The notes beneath the pieces were generated by a model, which was not told where the DNA came from, searched no databases, and worked only from the letters and a program-made list of their open reading frames with translations. The position numbers were made by a program, and so were the translations under genes. Positions 51,608 to 60,778 of a stretch of DNA of 64,000 bases are shown piece by piece (the first letter of the stretch is position 1; each line of letters starts with the position of its first letter). This stretch comes from Candidatus Latescibacterota bacterium (GTDB lineage Bacteria; Latescibacterota; UBA2968; UBA8231), in contig CBDCNM010000002.1 of the NCBI GenBank assembly GCA_965219385.1, positions 96,639 through 160,638 on the forward strand, read 5' to 3'.

Positions 51608-54600
51608 TTGATGGGGACTGAAACCACCATCCGGGAAGGACAGGTCCTCACCGGCCCGCTGTTCAGCGAGCCGATGCTGGTGGAGACCGTCCGTTCAAAC
51701 GGGACCGACATCTGGGTCGCGGGCCTCGTCGGCCAGAAGTCTGAGCGGTTCCACCGGGTCACGCTCACCTCCGACGACATCTCGAACCTGGCCATCGCCG
51801 ACTCCGCTCTGTCCTACGACGGCGACGGGCGGCTTCTGCGCCTCGGCCTCCAGGCCTATTCACTGGGCATCGCCTACGAATTCGACCCCTATTTCGGGCT
51901 TTCCATCTCGCGCGTGGACCCGTTGCCGCACCAACTCGAAGCGGTCTACGATCATCTACTCAAGCTGCCCAGCGTGCGCTTCCTGCTCGCCGACGATGCG
52001 GGTGCGGGCAAGACCATCATGGCCGGCCTCCTGGTCCGCGAGCTCAAGCTTCGGGGCCTCGTCGAACGGGTTCTCGTCGTCTGTCCCGCCAACCTGACCT
52101 TCCAGTGGCAGCGCGAACTCAAGGAAAAGTTCGACGAGAAATTCCTCATTCTTAAGGGCGGCGACATCCGCGATCAATTCGGCGTCAACCAGTGGCTGGA
52201 GCAAAAGCAGATCATCACCTCGCTCGACCTGGCCAAGCGCACCGACATCCTGCCCGGACTGCGGCAGGTGCACTGGGATCTGGTGATCGTCGACGAGGCG
52301 CATCGCATGTCGGCCCGCGATGAGACCCATAAGAGCCAGCGCTACCGGCTGGGGGAGTTGCTGCGCGACAGCGCCGATCACGTACTTTTGTTGACTGCCA
52401 CGCCCCACAAGGGCGATCCGCAGAACTTCACCCTGTTCCTGCAGCTTCTCGACCGGGACGCCTACGCCGACGTGAGTTCGATCCGCGAGGCCATGGAGCG
52501 GAGGCGAGCGCCCTTCTACCTGCGGCGCACCAAGGAGGCGATGGTCTACTTCCCGGAGCGTCAGACGGACGGGACGTGGACCGCGAAGCCGGTTTTCACG
52601 AAACGTATCCCGCGCACCGCCGCCTTCGCCATTGAAGGCGCTGAATTCGAGCTCTATCAGAAGATCACCCGGTTCGTGAAACGGCAGAGCGCTCGCGCCG
52701 CGGCGCAGGGGGACGACCCGCAGGCTCGGGCGGTCGGCTTCCTGATGTCGTTGTACCAGCGGCGCCTCGCCTCCAGCACGCACGCTATGCGGCGATCGCT
52801 CGAGAACCGAACAAGGCGTCTGGAGGATGGTCTCAAGCGCGCCCAAGAACTGGTGCGGATGGCGCCGCCGGATCTTCCCGACTTAGAAGAGCTGGAGGAG
52901 TTCGAGGACGCCGAGCGCGAGCGCCTGGAGAGGATGCTGGAGGCGATCACGCTGGCCGGCAACGCCGAGCAGATACGTGAAGAGATCGCCGAACTCCTCG
53001 AGCTGGCCGAAGAGGCCAAGGCCGTCGAAGGCTCGGGCAACGAGGCCAAATTCGGACATCTTCGGGGGATCATGCAGGAGGAAGGGTTCTTCGACCGTCC
53101 CGACCAGCGACTGCTGCTCTTCACCGAGTTCAAGGACACCCTCGACTATCTGATGGAACAACTGAAAGCCTGGGGCTTCAGCGTCGGCTGCATCCACGGA
53201 GGCATGAAGTCCGGCTCGCGCGACGAACCGGGAAGCCGGCTCTACACCGAGCAGCAGTTCCGCGAAGGCGCCATCCAGATCCTGGTGGCCACCGAGGCGG
53301 CCGGCGAAGGCATCAACCTTCAGTGCTGCCACATCCTCTTCAACTACGACATCCCCTGGAATCCGAACCGGCTCGAACAGCGCATGGGCCGCATCCACCG
53401 CTACGGCCAGCGGCACGATTGCCTGATCTTCAACTTCGTGGCGACCAACACCATCGAGGGGCGGGTGCTCCAGCGCCTCTTGGACAAGCTCCAGGAGATC
53501 CGCGACGCCCTCGACGACGACGCGGTGTTCAACGTGGTGGGCGAGGTCTTGCCGTCCGCCCACGTGGAGCGCGTACTCCGAGACTACTACGCGGGGAAAT
53601 TGGGTGACTCTGATCTTGAAGAGCGGCTTTTGCAGGACGTGGATGAGGGGCACTTCCGGGCGATCTGCCAGACGGCGCTGGAAGGGTTGGCCGCCAAGAG
53701 GCTCAACCTCGACATGCTCATCGAGCGCCGGGCGAGGGCCCAGGAGCGGCGCGTCGTGCCCGAGACCATCGCGCGGTTCATCAAAGAGTGCGCCCAGGAT
53801 GCGGCCCTGGCCCTGAGGCCGGTGGGCCACTTGGCGCATACCTTCGAGCCGGGGCGGACTCCGTCCGGTTTGAAGAAGTACGAGCACAATCCAGACTGGA
53901 AACTCCCGGAGCTAGCGATTCGCTATCCGCGCCTGTCGATGGACCGCGACACGGCCGAGGAACACAACCTCGAATGGGTGACCCCCGGACATCCCCTGTT
54001 CGAGGCCCTGCGCCGTCATAGTCTAAATCTCGGCCAGGATGCCTTTGCCAAGGGGGCCTGTTTCCATTCACTGGCACACGCAGCACCGGCGCGCCTCGAC
54101 TTCTACCGGGCGCGGGTCGTGGATGGCCTCGGACAGGTCATCCACGAACGGCTGTTCACCGTGGAGCTCGCGAATGACGGCTCTCCCTGCCTCCGCGAAC
54201 CGGATGTCCTCGGCGATCTAAGCCCGGCCCACGCTTTGGGGGGTCTACCGCCCGTAGCCGCTCTCCCGGAGGCGACCGCCTGGCTCAACGAGCACGCGCT
54301 AATCCCGTTCAGCGACGAGGTCCGCACGGAGCGTCTGGCCGAGGTCGAGCGCATTGCCAGGCACGTCGAGCTGTCCTTGACCGAGGTTCTCCAGCGGATC
54401 GATGACGAGATCGGCCGTGCCGACGAAGAGGTGGATAACGACGTGACCGGCGCCGAAGGCCGCCTAGCGCAGGCCGAAACCCGTCATGCCGAGGTGCTGG
54501 CGCGGCGCAAGCGGCGGCATGAAGAGTTCGAGCGGCAGCGGGCGGTGACCCTGCAGGGAGTCGAGCGGCTCGCCAGCGTCCTGATCCTGCCCCATCCCGA

Positions 54601-55012
54601 ACGCGAGACCCTCGATGTCCGGCGCCTGCGTCCACATCCCGAAACCGAGATGACGGCGATGCGGGTGGTCATGGAGTACGAGACCGCGCAGGGCCGTCAG
54701 GTCGAAGATGTTCACGAGAAAAATCTTGGGTACGATATAACCAGCCTCGATCCAGCGTCCGGCGAGTTGCGTCTGATCGAGATAAAAGGTCTCGCCGCCG
54801 CCACCGGCAGCATCCTGCTGACGCCCAACGAGCGTCGCGTGGCCGAGGATCGCCGCGACTGCTACTGGCTCTACGTGGTGACCAACTGCGCCAGCGCCCC
54901 GGAGCTTCAGGATCCGATCAGAGACCCCGCCCGGTTCCCGTGGCACGAGGTCATCAAGGTCGCCCATTACTGGCTGGACGTGAACGCGATGACCAAGCCG
55001 ATGGAGGTGTGA
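51608..55012 (+). CDS. SNF2-family helicase with C-terminal DUF3883-like (PD-(D/E)xK) domain
   Basis: ADDAGAGKT, VDEAH, TATPH, AAGEGINLQ, QRMGRIHRYGQ; C-terminal GYDITS...IEIKG...LTPNE. Confidence 0.92.
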   Translation: MMGTETTIREGQVLTGPLFSEPMLVETVRSNGTDIWVAGLVGQKSERFHRVTLTSDDISNLAIADSALSYDGDGRLLRLGLQAYSLGIAYEFDPYFGLSISRVDPLPHQLEAVYDHLLKLPSVRFLLADDAGAGKTIMAGLLVRELKLRGLVERVLVVCPANLTFQWQRELKEKFDEKFLILKGGDIRDQFGVNQWLEQKQIITSLDLAKRTDILPGLRQVHWDLVIVDEAHRMSARDETHKSQRYRLGELLRDSADHVLLLTATPHKGDPQNFTLFLQLLDRDAYADVSSIREAMERRRAPFYLRRTKEAMVYFPERQTDGTWTAKPVFTKRIPRTAAFAIEGAEFELYQKITRFVKRQSARAAAQGDDPQARAVGFLMSLYQRRLASSTHAMRRSLENRTRRLEDGLKRAQELVRMAPPDLPDLEELEEFEDAERERLERMLEAITLAGNAEQIREEIAELLELAEEAKAVEGSGNEAKFGHLRGIMQEEGFFDRPDQRLLLFTEFKDTLDYLMEQLKAWGFSVGCIHGGMKSGSRDEPGSRLYTEQQFREGAIQILVATEAAGEGINLQCCHILFNYDIPWNPNRLEQRMGRIHRYGQRHDCLIFNFVATNTIEGRVLQRLLDKLQEIRDALDDDAVFNVVGEVLPSAHVERVLRDYYAGKLGDSDLEERLLQDVDEGHFRAICQTALEGLAAKRLNLDMLIERRARAQERRVVPETIARFIKECAQDAALALRPVGHLAHTFEPGRTPSGLKKYEHNPDWKLPELAIRYPRLSMDRDTAEEHNLEWVTPGHPLFEALRRHSLNLGQDAFAKGACFHSLAHAAPARLDFYRARVVDGLGQVIHERLFTVELANDGSPCLREPDVLGDLSPAHALGGLPPVAALPEATAWLNEHALIPFSDEVRTERLAEVERIARHVELSLTEVLQRIDDEIGRADEEVDNDVTGAEGRLAQAETRHAEVLARRKRRHEEFERQRAVTLQGVERLASVLILPHPERETLDVRRLRPHPETEMTAMRVVMEYETAQGRQVEDVHEKNLGYDITSLDPASGELRLIEIKGLAAATGSILLTPNERRVAEDRRDCYWLYVVTNCASAPELQDPIRDPARFPWHEVIKVAHYWLDVNAMTKPMEV

Positions 55013-55035
55013 GAAGAGTGAAGGCTGTGGGAATT

Positions 55036-55066
55036 TGATGTCATTGACTGCAATGACATCATTGCA
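55036..55066 (+). promoter_or_regulatory. Overlapping palindromic operators on the antitoxin promoter
   Basis: TGATGTCATTG-N4-CAATGACATCA and TGCAATGA-CA-TCATTGCA overlap a TTGACT -35 box. Confidence 0.65.
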
Positions 55067-55094
55067 TATTTTCCCGGAATTGGAGGTAAAGAAA

Positions 55095-55316
55095 ATGGCC
55101 AGCATGACAATCCGCAACCTCGACGATGACCTAAAGCAGCGTCTGCGCATCCAGGCGGCCGAGCACGGCCGCCTGGATGGAGGAGGAAGCGCGGGCGATC
55201 TGGCACGCGCCATACGCGCTCGATTCGCGCCCTTGGGCGGTGTGGAACTGGACATACCGCCGCGCGAACCGATGCGCGATCCACCCCGGATTTTGAGCCC
55301 TGTGGCATCGAGGTAA
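55095..55316 (+). pseudogene. Degenerate FitA-like ribbon-helix-helix antitoxin
   Basis: MASMTIRNLDDDLKQRLRIQAAEHGR; the MEEEAR segment is out of frame. No cognate PIN toxin follows. Confidence 0.7.
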
Positions 55317-55349
55317 TCAACACATGGACCGCATGATCGCTGGTCGCTT

Positions 55350-55556
55350 ATGAAAAAGCCGATGTTCAAAGCCGACGAGCCGGATGCTCAGTACCAAGCC
55401 ATCTTTGGCGATGTGTCCAGGATTATTGACGCCGCCAAGCGATCGGCCACCCGTTCGGCGAATACCGTTATGGCCGCCGCGTATTGGATGATCGAGCGTC
55501 GTATCGTTGAGTTTGAGCCGTCAGGAGAAAAAATTCTCCAAACAGCGGCTTGCTGA
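55350..55556 (+). pseudogene. DUF1016/YhcG N-terminal stub
   Basis: Similar to the start of 57304..57813 (YQAIFGDVSRIIDAA...AYWMIERRIVEFE); truncated. Confidence 0.7.
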
Positions 55557-55581
55557 CGCAAGAAAGAGAAAGGTGGAAACA

Positions 55582-55806
55582 ATGAACCATCCCAGAATTG
55601 CCGACCTGACCGTCGCGGAATTTAAGGAACTCCTTCGCGAGACAATCGCGCAATCGTTCGCCGACCTGCTCGGCGACCCCGATGAGGGCCTGGTACTGCG
55701 TGAGGACCTGGCCGAAGAGTTGCGGCGATCCCTTGCCGAGGTCGGCGCCGGCGGACAAACGTCGAGCCTGTCGGAGGTCGCAAGCAGACTCGAATCGACC
55801 AAATGA
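55582..55806 (+). CDS. Putative type II antitoxin
   Basis: 74 aa, IADLTVAEFKELL...GDPDEGLVLRE, ATGA-coupled to the RelE-like start. Confidence 0.7.
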   Translation: MNHPRIADLTVAEFKELLRETIAQSFADLLGDPDEGLVLREDLAEELRRSLAEVGAGGQTSSLSEVASRLESTK

Positions 55807-56333
55807 CCTATGACGTTGCACTGACTCCAACGGCCGAAGCCGACCTCCACCGCTTGGATTCGGCCGTTGCGCACCGTGTGATCGATAAAGTGCAGTGGCT
55901 GGCGGACAACATCGAGACGAGCCGGCTTGAGGCATTGACCGGCTCCTGGCCGGGTGTATTCAAGCTCAGGGTCGGGGACTATCCGGAGAGCGTTATTCGG
56001 GAAGTCGTCGGGAACGCACTCGTCCACCGAGACTACAGCATCGCGGGCGTGGACGTTACGTTGGCTATCTTCTCAAACCGCCTCGAAATTGTAAGTCCCG
56101 GGGATCTGTCCCACACACTGACGCCCGAGAAAATCGCCTCCGGCGCGCGCTACGCGCGAAACCAGACGCTGGTCAACGTGATGCGCGACTATGGGTACGT
56201 CGATCCTCGCGGCATGGGGATAAGGAAAAAGATCATTCCCGGAATGCGCGCCCACAACGGCACCGAGCCGGACCTGATCGAAGAAGAGCACCGCTTCACG
56301 GTTCGCCTGTGGAAGGAACCGAAGCCATCGTGA
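55803..56333 (+). pseudogene. Deletion fusion of a RelE-like toxin N-terminus to the C-terminus of an HATPase_c_4/RecG-C-like protein
   Basis: MTYDVALTPTAEADL...FKLRVGDY | PESVIREVVGNALVHRDY...RLEIVSPG...ARNQTL...GMGI. Confidence 0.72.
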
Positions 56334-56380
56334 TCCCCGGCGAATGCAAGCGTCTCACCCAAGTCGATTCGACACGGACT
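56330..56380 (+). pseudogene. DUF1156 methyltransferase start stub
   Basis: GTGATCCCCGGCGAATGCAAG...AAGTCGATTCGACACGG matches 60250-60345 with the part between two AAGTCGATT repeats deleted. Confidence 0.6.
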
Positions 56381-56397
56381 TCGCCTGATCGGGATGC

Positions 56398-56419
56398 TTG
56401 ACAGCATATTTTGCTGTCA
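56398..56419 (+). promoter_or_regulatory. vapBC promoter/operator
   Basis: TGACAGCA-N5-TGCTGTCA palindrome containing TTGACA. Confidence 0.65.
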
Positions 56420-56459
56420 TCAGGCTTTTTCGGTCACCCAAACCGATAAGGAGGCTGCG

Positions 56460-56717
56460 ATGAGTTCCACTGTCACTGTCCGCGATATTGACCCGGCGGA
56501 CAAAGCCTGGCTCAAACGAGAAGCGCGCCAAGTCGGCGTGTCAATGGAAGAGTTTATCCGCCGTCTGATCCGCGAGAAGCGCGCCAAGGCCGAGCACCGC
56601 GCAACGCCTTCCGAGGCTTTCAAGCGGTATTTTGGACCCGAACATGGGGTCGAGCTGCCGGAGTCTGGGCGCTATGCATACCGGAAGGTCGAGTTCGCTG
56701 GTGAGAGTGAGACGTGA
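56460..56717 (+). CDS. FitA/VapB-like RHH antitoxin
   Basis: TVTVRDIDPADKAWLKREARQVGVSMEE; RBS AAGGAGG; GTGA overlap with vapC. Confidence 0.8.
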   Translation: MSSTVTVRDIDPADKAWLKREARQVGVSMEEFIRRLIREKRAKAEHRATPSEAFKRYFGPEHGVELPESGRYAYRKVEFAGESET

Positions 56718-57166
56718 ACGCTCCTGTTGCTTGGCTCCTCGATGCGAATGTCATCTCGGAAATGATGCGCCCGCATCCAGAACCGCGTGTCGCTGCGTTT
56801 CTGGATAAGATCGCCGACCAAGGGATTGGTCTTGCATCCATTACTGTCTGGGAAATTCTCAACGGCATTGGCCTCCTTGATGCCGGACGGAGACGTGACG
56901 CCCTCGCCGAGCGGTTTCAGAACCTGCTCGACGACCTCTTTGAGGAGCGGATATTCGATTGGACCTTGGACGACGCTCGAGAGTGCGCCCGCATTATGGA
57001 AGCGAAGCAGCGTCGGGGCGAGGCGCTCGAAGACCACCTGCCGGACGCCTTTCTCGCGGCAACGGCGGCCCGACGCAGCCTCACCATCGTCACGCGAAAT
57101 GCAAGTGAGTTCCGCAATACCGGCGTTGAAGTCGTCAATCCTTGGGCTGTAGGAGAGAAGCCATGA
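56714..57166 (+). CDS. vapC: VapC/FitB PIN-domain toxin
   Basis: LLDANVISE, ITVWEI, DAFLAATA, VTRNASEF, VVNPW. Confidence 0.92.
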   Translation: MNAPVAWLLDANVISEMMRPHPEPRVAAFLDKIADQGIGLASITVWEILNGIGLLDAGRRRDALAERFQNLLDDLFEERIFDWTLDDARECARIMEAKQRRGEALEDHLPDAFLAATAARRSLTIVTRNASEFRNTGVEVVNPWAVGEKP

Positions 57167-57285
57167 ACAAGGGGATGCTTGACCAACAGATTCTAGACGA
57201 CATCATACGGCGCATTGTAGAGGTGGCTCAACCGGAGAAGATCATTCTCTTCGGGTCCGCCGCTCGCGGCGAGATGAACCGCTTA
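57163..57285 (+). pseudogene. Truncated MNT nucleotidyltransferase (copy of 60435..60761)
   Basis: Near-identical DNA to the 5' end of 60435 (LFGSAARGEMNR), then deleted and fused in frame to DUF1016. Confidence 0.78.
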
Positions 57286-57303
57286 CGGGGAGAAGAGCAG
57301 ATT

Positions 57304-57813
57304 ATGAAAAAGCCGATACTCACAGACGACAAGCTGGATGCTCAGTACCAAGTCATCTTTGGCGATGTGTCGAGGATTGTTGACGCCGCCAGGCAATCAG
57401 CTGCCCGGTCGGTGAATGCCGTTATGACCGCCGCGTATTGGCTGATCGGACGGCACATCGTGGAGTTTGAGCAGTCAGGCGAACAGCGAGCGGACTATGG
57501 AGAGGAGATTGTCGAACGGCTTGCCACTGATCTTTCCGCCCATTACGGCCGTGGATTCTCGATCCGCAATGTCTGGAACATGAAGGCGTTCTACCTCGCA
57601 TGGCCGATTCCGCAGACGGTGTCTGCAGAATCAGAATCCAGCGGAAATCTCCAGATAGTGTCTGGAGAATCTTCGCTAGCCAGCGTCGCCTCGCACTTTC
57701 CGCTTCCCTGGTCCGCCTATGTGCAGCTATTATCGGTTAAGAACGCGCATTCCCGTGAATCCTACGAAACCAAAGCGATTCACGGTGGTAACGACGACGA
57801 TGGTGGCGTTTGA
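57304..57813 (+). pseudogene. DUF1016/YhcG N-terminal domain, nuclease half missing
   Basis: AYWLIGRHIVEFEQSG..RADYG..YGRGFSIRN..LPWSAY; ends before the C-terminal domain. Confidence 0.78.
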
Positions 57814-57896
57814 CCAGAGGCGGATAATACGATACGTTGGGCAATGACAGAACGGATTCATGCAGCAACGCCCTGAATATTGAAAAGGATTTGAAA

Positions 57897-59279
57897 ATGG
57901 CAAAGAAGCAAACATCAGAAAATGATCCAAAAGAAGTTCAGAACGAAGGTATCACTGCGATTTCCGTACAGGGCTTTAAGTCACTTGCAAAAGAGAGTCG
58001 GATTGAAATTCGTCCACTAACGATCTTGGCAGGTGCGAATAGTTCTGGCAAATCGAGTATTATGCAGCCTCTGTTGCTGATGAAGCAGACTCTTGAAGCG
58101 AGTTATGACCCCGGACCACTTTTATTAGATGGCCCAAATGCTAAATTTACGTCCGCTAACCAATTCATTTCGCGTTTGCAGAAGGATTCTAAGCGACAGA
58201 CATTTAGAATCGAAATGGAGAATATAGAACCTGATTTAACGATTAAAAATGTATTTTCTATGGAAAAGAACCAAGCGATTGCAATCCAAGAGATGACGAT
58301 TAAAAAAGATGGGAACCACCTGCAATTGAAATCAAATCAAAGTTCCAGTTCTTTAAAGCGTACTGTCTCAGAATTTCTTTCTGACTCAGAATTTCTTTCT
58401 GAAAAAATAGGAGATTCTGAAGATTTGAAATTGGAGATCGTTAGAAATCGTTGTTTTCTCCATGTTGGCTATAAGTTCCTTGATAATAAAAGAGATTTTA
58501 AAAGAGATTTTTCCTCACCTCAATTCCATGCATCTATCATAACAAAAATATTTTCCGACCGCCTCAATAGAAGATTACGAGATGTGATTCATGTCCCTGG
58601 ATCACGCGGCAATCCCGAGCGAGTCTATTCTAGGACTGCCTCGGGGCCTGATTTCCCGGGCATATTTAACAATTATGTCGCCACTATCATTGCACAGTGG
58701 GAAAAAGAGAAAGATAGACGACTACATGATATAGAAACTATGCTTTTAGATCTTGGTCTAACCTGGAAAATTTCTGCAAAAGCGGTTGATGATACACAGA
58801 TTGAGTTACAGGTGGGACGCCTTTCACAACCAGAGCCGACAGAAGATCTTGTAAATATCGCTGATGTTGGCTTTGGCGTCTCGCAGGTGTTGCCCGTGCT
58901 TGTCGCGCTTTTGGTTGCTGAGGAAGCGCAACTCGTATATCTCGAACAACCGGAATTGCATTTGCATCCGCGAGCGCAGTATGAACTAGTGAAGATTTTA
59001 GTGGAGACGGCAAAACGCGGTGTGAAGTTGATCGTGGAGACACATAGTGCGCTGTTGTTACGCAGAGTACAGACATTGATGGCGGAGGGTAATCTCGCTC
59101 CTAATTTGGTGAAGCTACACTGGTTCTCGCGTAATTCCGAAGATGGAATGACTTCGATTCAGAGTGCTGATCTAGACGAAATTGGTGCTTTTGGGGATTG
59201 GCCGGAGGATTTTGGTGATGTCGAATTGATGGCTGAAAGTGCGTATCTCGATGCGGTGGAAGAGCGGAGTAAAAGATAA
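57897..59279 (+). CDS. ABC-type (AAA_15/AAA_21-like) ATPase with DUF3696-like C-terminus
   Basis: GANSSGKS, signature DVGFGVSQVLP, LEQPELHLHP, VETHS, WPEDF. Confidence 0.9.
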   Translation: MAKKQTSENDPKEVQNEGITAISVQGFKSLAKESRIEIRPLTILAGANSSGKSSIMQPLLLMKQTLEASYDPGPLLLDGPNAKFTSANQFISRLQKDSKRQTFRIEMENIEPDLTIKNVFSMEKNQAIAIQEMTIKKDGNHLQLKSNQSSSSLKRTVSEFLSDSEFLSEKIGDSEDLKLEIVRNRCFLHVGYKFLDNKRDFKRDFSSPQFHASIITKIFSDRLNRRLRDVIHVPGSRGNPERVYSRTASGPDFPGIFNNYVATIIAQWEKEKDRRLHDIETMLLDLGLTWKISAKAVDDTQIELQVGRLSQPEPTEDLVNIADVGFGVSQVLPVLVALLVAEEAQLVYLEQPELHLHPRAQYELVKILVETAKRGVKLIVETHSALLLRRVQTLMAEGNLAPNLVKLHWFSRNSEDGMTSIQSADLDEIGAFGDWPEDFGDVELMAESAYLDAVEERSKR

Positions 59280-59800
59280 TGGCAAAGAAGCCTCCTCGGC
59301 GATTGGTGATTGATGTCGATGTTGCACGTTCTGCCGGTGAATCGAAGCATCCGATTTCAAGTGCATGTCGGAGATTTCTAGAGACGATGTTGAGTGTTGG
59401 ACACCATGTTGTAATGACAGATGCGATAAAGGAAGAATGGAATTCCCATCAGTCTAGATACTTTCGTATATGGCTTAGGCAAATGTGGAGCCGTAAACAA
59501 GTTAATCGAGTCGAAGAGGAAAGCAATGATAATTTGCGAAAGAAAATTAATAAAGCTGTAACTCCAAAGCAGAAGATAGTTGTTGATAAGGATGTCCATC
59601 TTATTGAAGCAGCGATTGCGACGGATCGACTGGTCACTTCCCGAGATGAGACAGCACGAAGTGCATTTGGAGATGCGTCAGATGACGTAGGAGAATTGAG
59701 GCGAATTGTGTGGATAAATCCAACACAGAAATACGAAAAGCCCATTGAATGGCTACAGAAGGGCGCAAAGTTTGAAGCGCATCGTCAGCTAGGTGCCTGA
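59279..59800 (+). CDS. Hypothetical protein, PIN-like fold suspected
   Basis: TAATG-coupled to the ATPase. LVIDVDV...EEW...DVHLIEAA...VTSRD acidic pattern. Confidence 0.7.
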   Translation: MAKKPPRRLVIDVDVARSAGESKHPISSACRRFLETMLSVGHHVVMTDAIKEEWNSHQSRYFRIWLRQMWSRKQVNRVEEESNDNLRKKINKAVTPKQKIVVDKDVHLIEAAIATDRLVTSRDETARSAFGDASDDVGELRRIVWINPTQKYEKPIEWLQKGAKFEAHRQLGA

Positions 59801-59832
59801 TTCGATCATTGGTTTATAAGCGGATATTGTAA

Positions 59833-59935
59833 CTGACCTTACGCAGTAGCTCCCTATCTTGTGGTTTATCGAAGCCTGTTGACCCAAGATATTGGGGCGA
59901 AATTGAGGATTTTCTGGAAAACTGCGTAACGTCAG
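59833..59935. mobile_element. 103-bp MITE
   Basis: 15-bp IRs CTGACCTTACGCAGT / ACTGCGTAACGTCAG (1 mismatch), flanked by an ATTGTAA direct repeat (59826-59832, 59936-59942). Confidence 0.8.
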
Positions 59936-59955
59936 ATTGTAAGATGAAAAAATCA

Positions 59956-60190
59956 ATGAATCATCGTAGAATTACCGACCTGACCGTCGCAGAATCTAAG
60001 AAACTCTTTTGCGAGACAATCTCGCAACGTTCGCTGACTTGCTCGGCGACCCTGATGAAGGCTTGGTGCTGCGTGAGGACCTAGCCGAAGAGCTGCAGCG
60101 ATCCCTTGCCGAGATCGGCACGGGAGAACAAACGTTGAGCATGTTGGAGGTCGTGAGCAGGCTCAAGTTAAATAAATGACCTATGACGGT
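59956..60190 (+). pseudogene. Frameshifted second copy of the 55582 antitoxin plus RelE start stub
   Basis: DNA collinear with 55582-55816, including AAATGACCTATGACG. Confidence 0.8.
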
Positions 60191-60249
60191 TAGCTATGCG
60201 TGATTGGAATGAATATGAAATCATCCTCCGCATGGGCCGAGAAGTGCCT

Positions 60250-60438
60250 GTGATCCCCCGCGAATGCAAGCACCTCGTCGAAGTCGATTTTCCAATCGCC
60301 GAGGTTTCCTGGCACGCGGCACGGGAGAAGTCGATTCGGCACGGGCATCCGAATAGGCTGCTCCTGTGGTGGGCGCGGCAACCGTTGGCCTCGTCGCGGG
60401 CGGTGTTGCTGGCGTTGCTGCTAGGAGAGAAGCCATGA
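60250..60438 (+). pseudogene. DUF1156 adenine methyltransferase N-terminal stub
   Basis: IPRECKHLVEVDFPIAEVSWHAAREKSIRHGHPNRLLLWWARQPLASSRAVL. Confidence 0.8.
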
Positions 60439-60761
60439 AAAAGGGGATGCTTGACCAACAAACGTTGGACGACATCATACGGCGCATTGTAGAGGTGGCT
60501 CAACCGGAGAAGATCATCCTCTTCGGGTCCGCCGCCCGAGGCGACATGAATCGCCATAGCGACGTTGATCTGCTCATCATCAAGGAGGGCGCGGACGCGC
60601 TTGAACTCATGGGCGATATTTATATGAATCTCGATGGCGTCGGCGCAGCCGTCGATGTGGTTGTGGTGACGCCGGCGGATGTGGAGCGCTATAAGGACAG
60701 CCATGCGCTGGTCATCAAGCCCGCTCTGCGGGAGGGAACGGTGGTATATGAAGTCGCGTGA
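60435..60761 (+). CDS. Minimal nucleotidyltransferase (MNT antitoxin)
   Basis: ILFGSAARG...SDVDLL...VDVVV. Confidence 0.9.
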   Translation: MKKGMLDQQTLDDIIRRIVEVAQPEKIILFGSAARGDMNRHSDVDLLIIKEGADALELMGDIYMNLDGVGAAVDVVVVTPADVERYKDSHALVIKPALREGTVVYEVA

Positions 60762-60778
60762 GCACTTCCCACCTGATG
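60748..60778 (+). pseudogene. Probable HEPN toxin start stub
   Basis: MKSREHFPPD overlaps the MNT 3' end, where a HEPN partner normally begins, then breaks off. Confidence 0.45.

Noticed and set aside
55803..56333. RelE-HATPase fusion as a new functional protein
   Set aside because: Both parts are truncated and joined at a shared GDY/DYP junction, consistent with a deletion.
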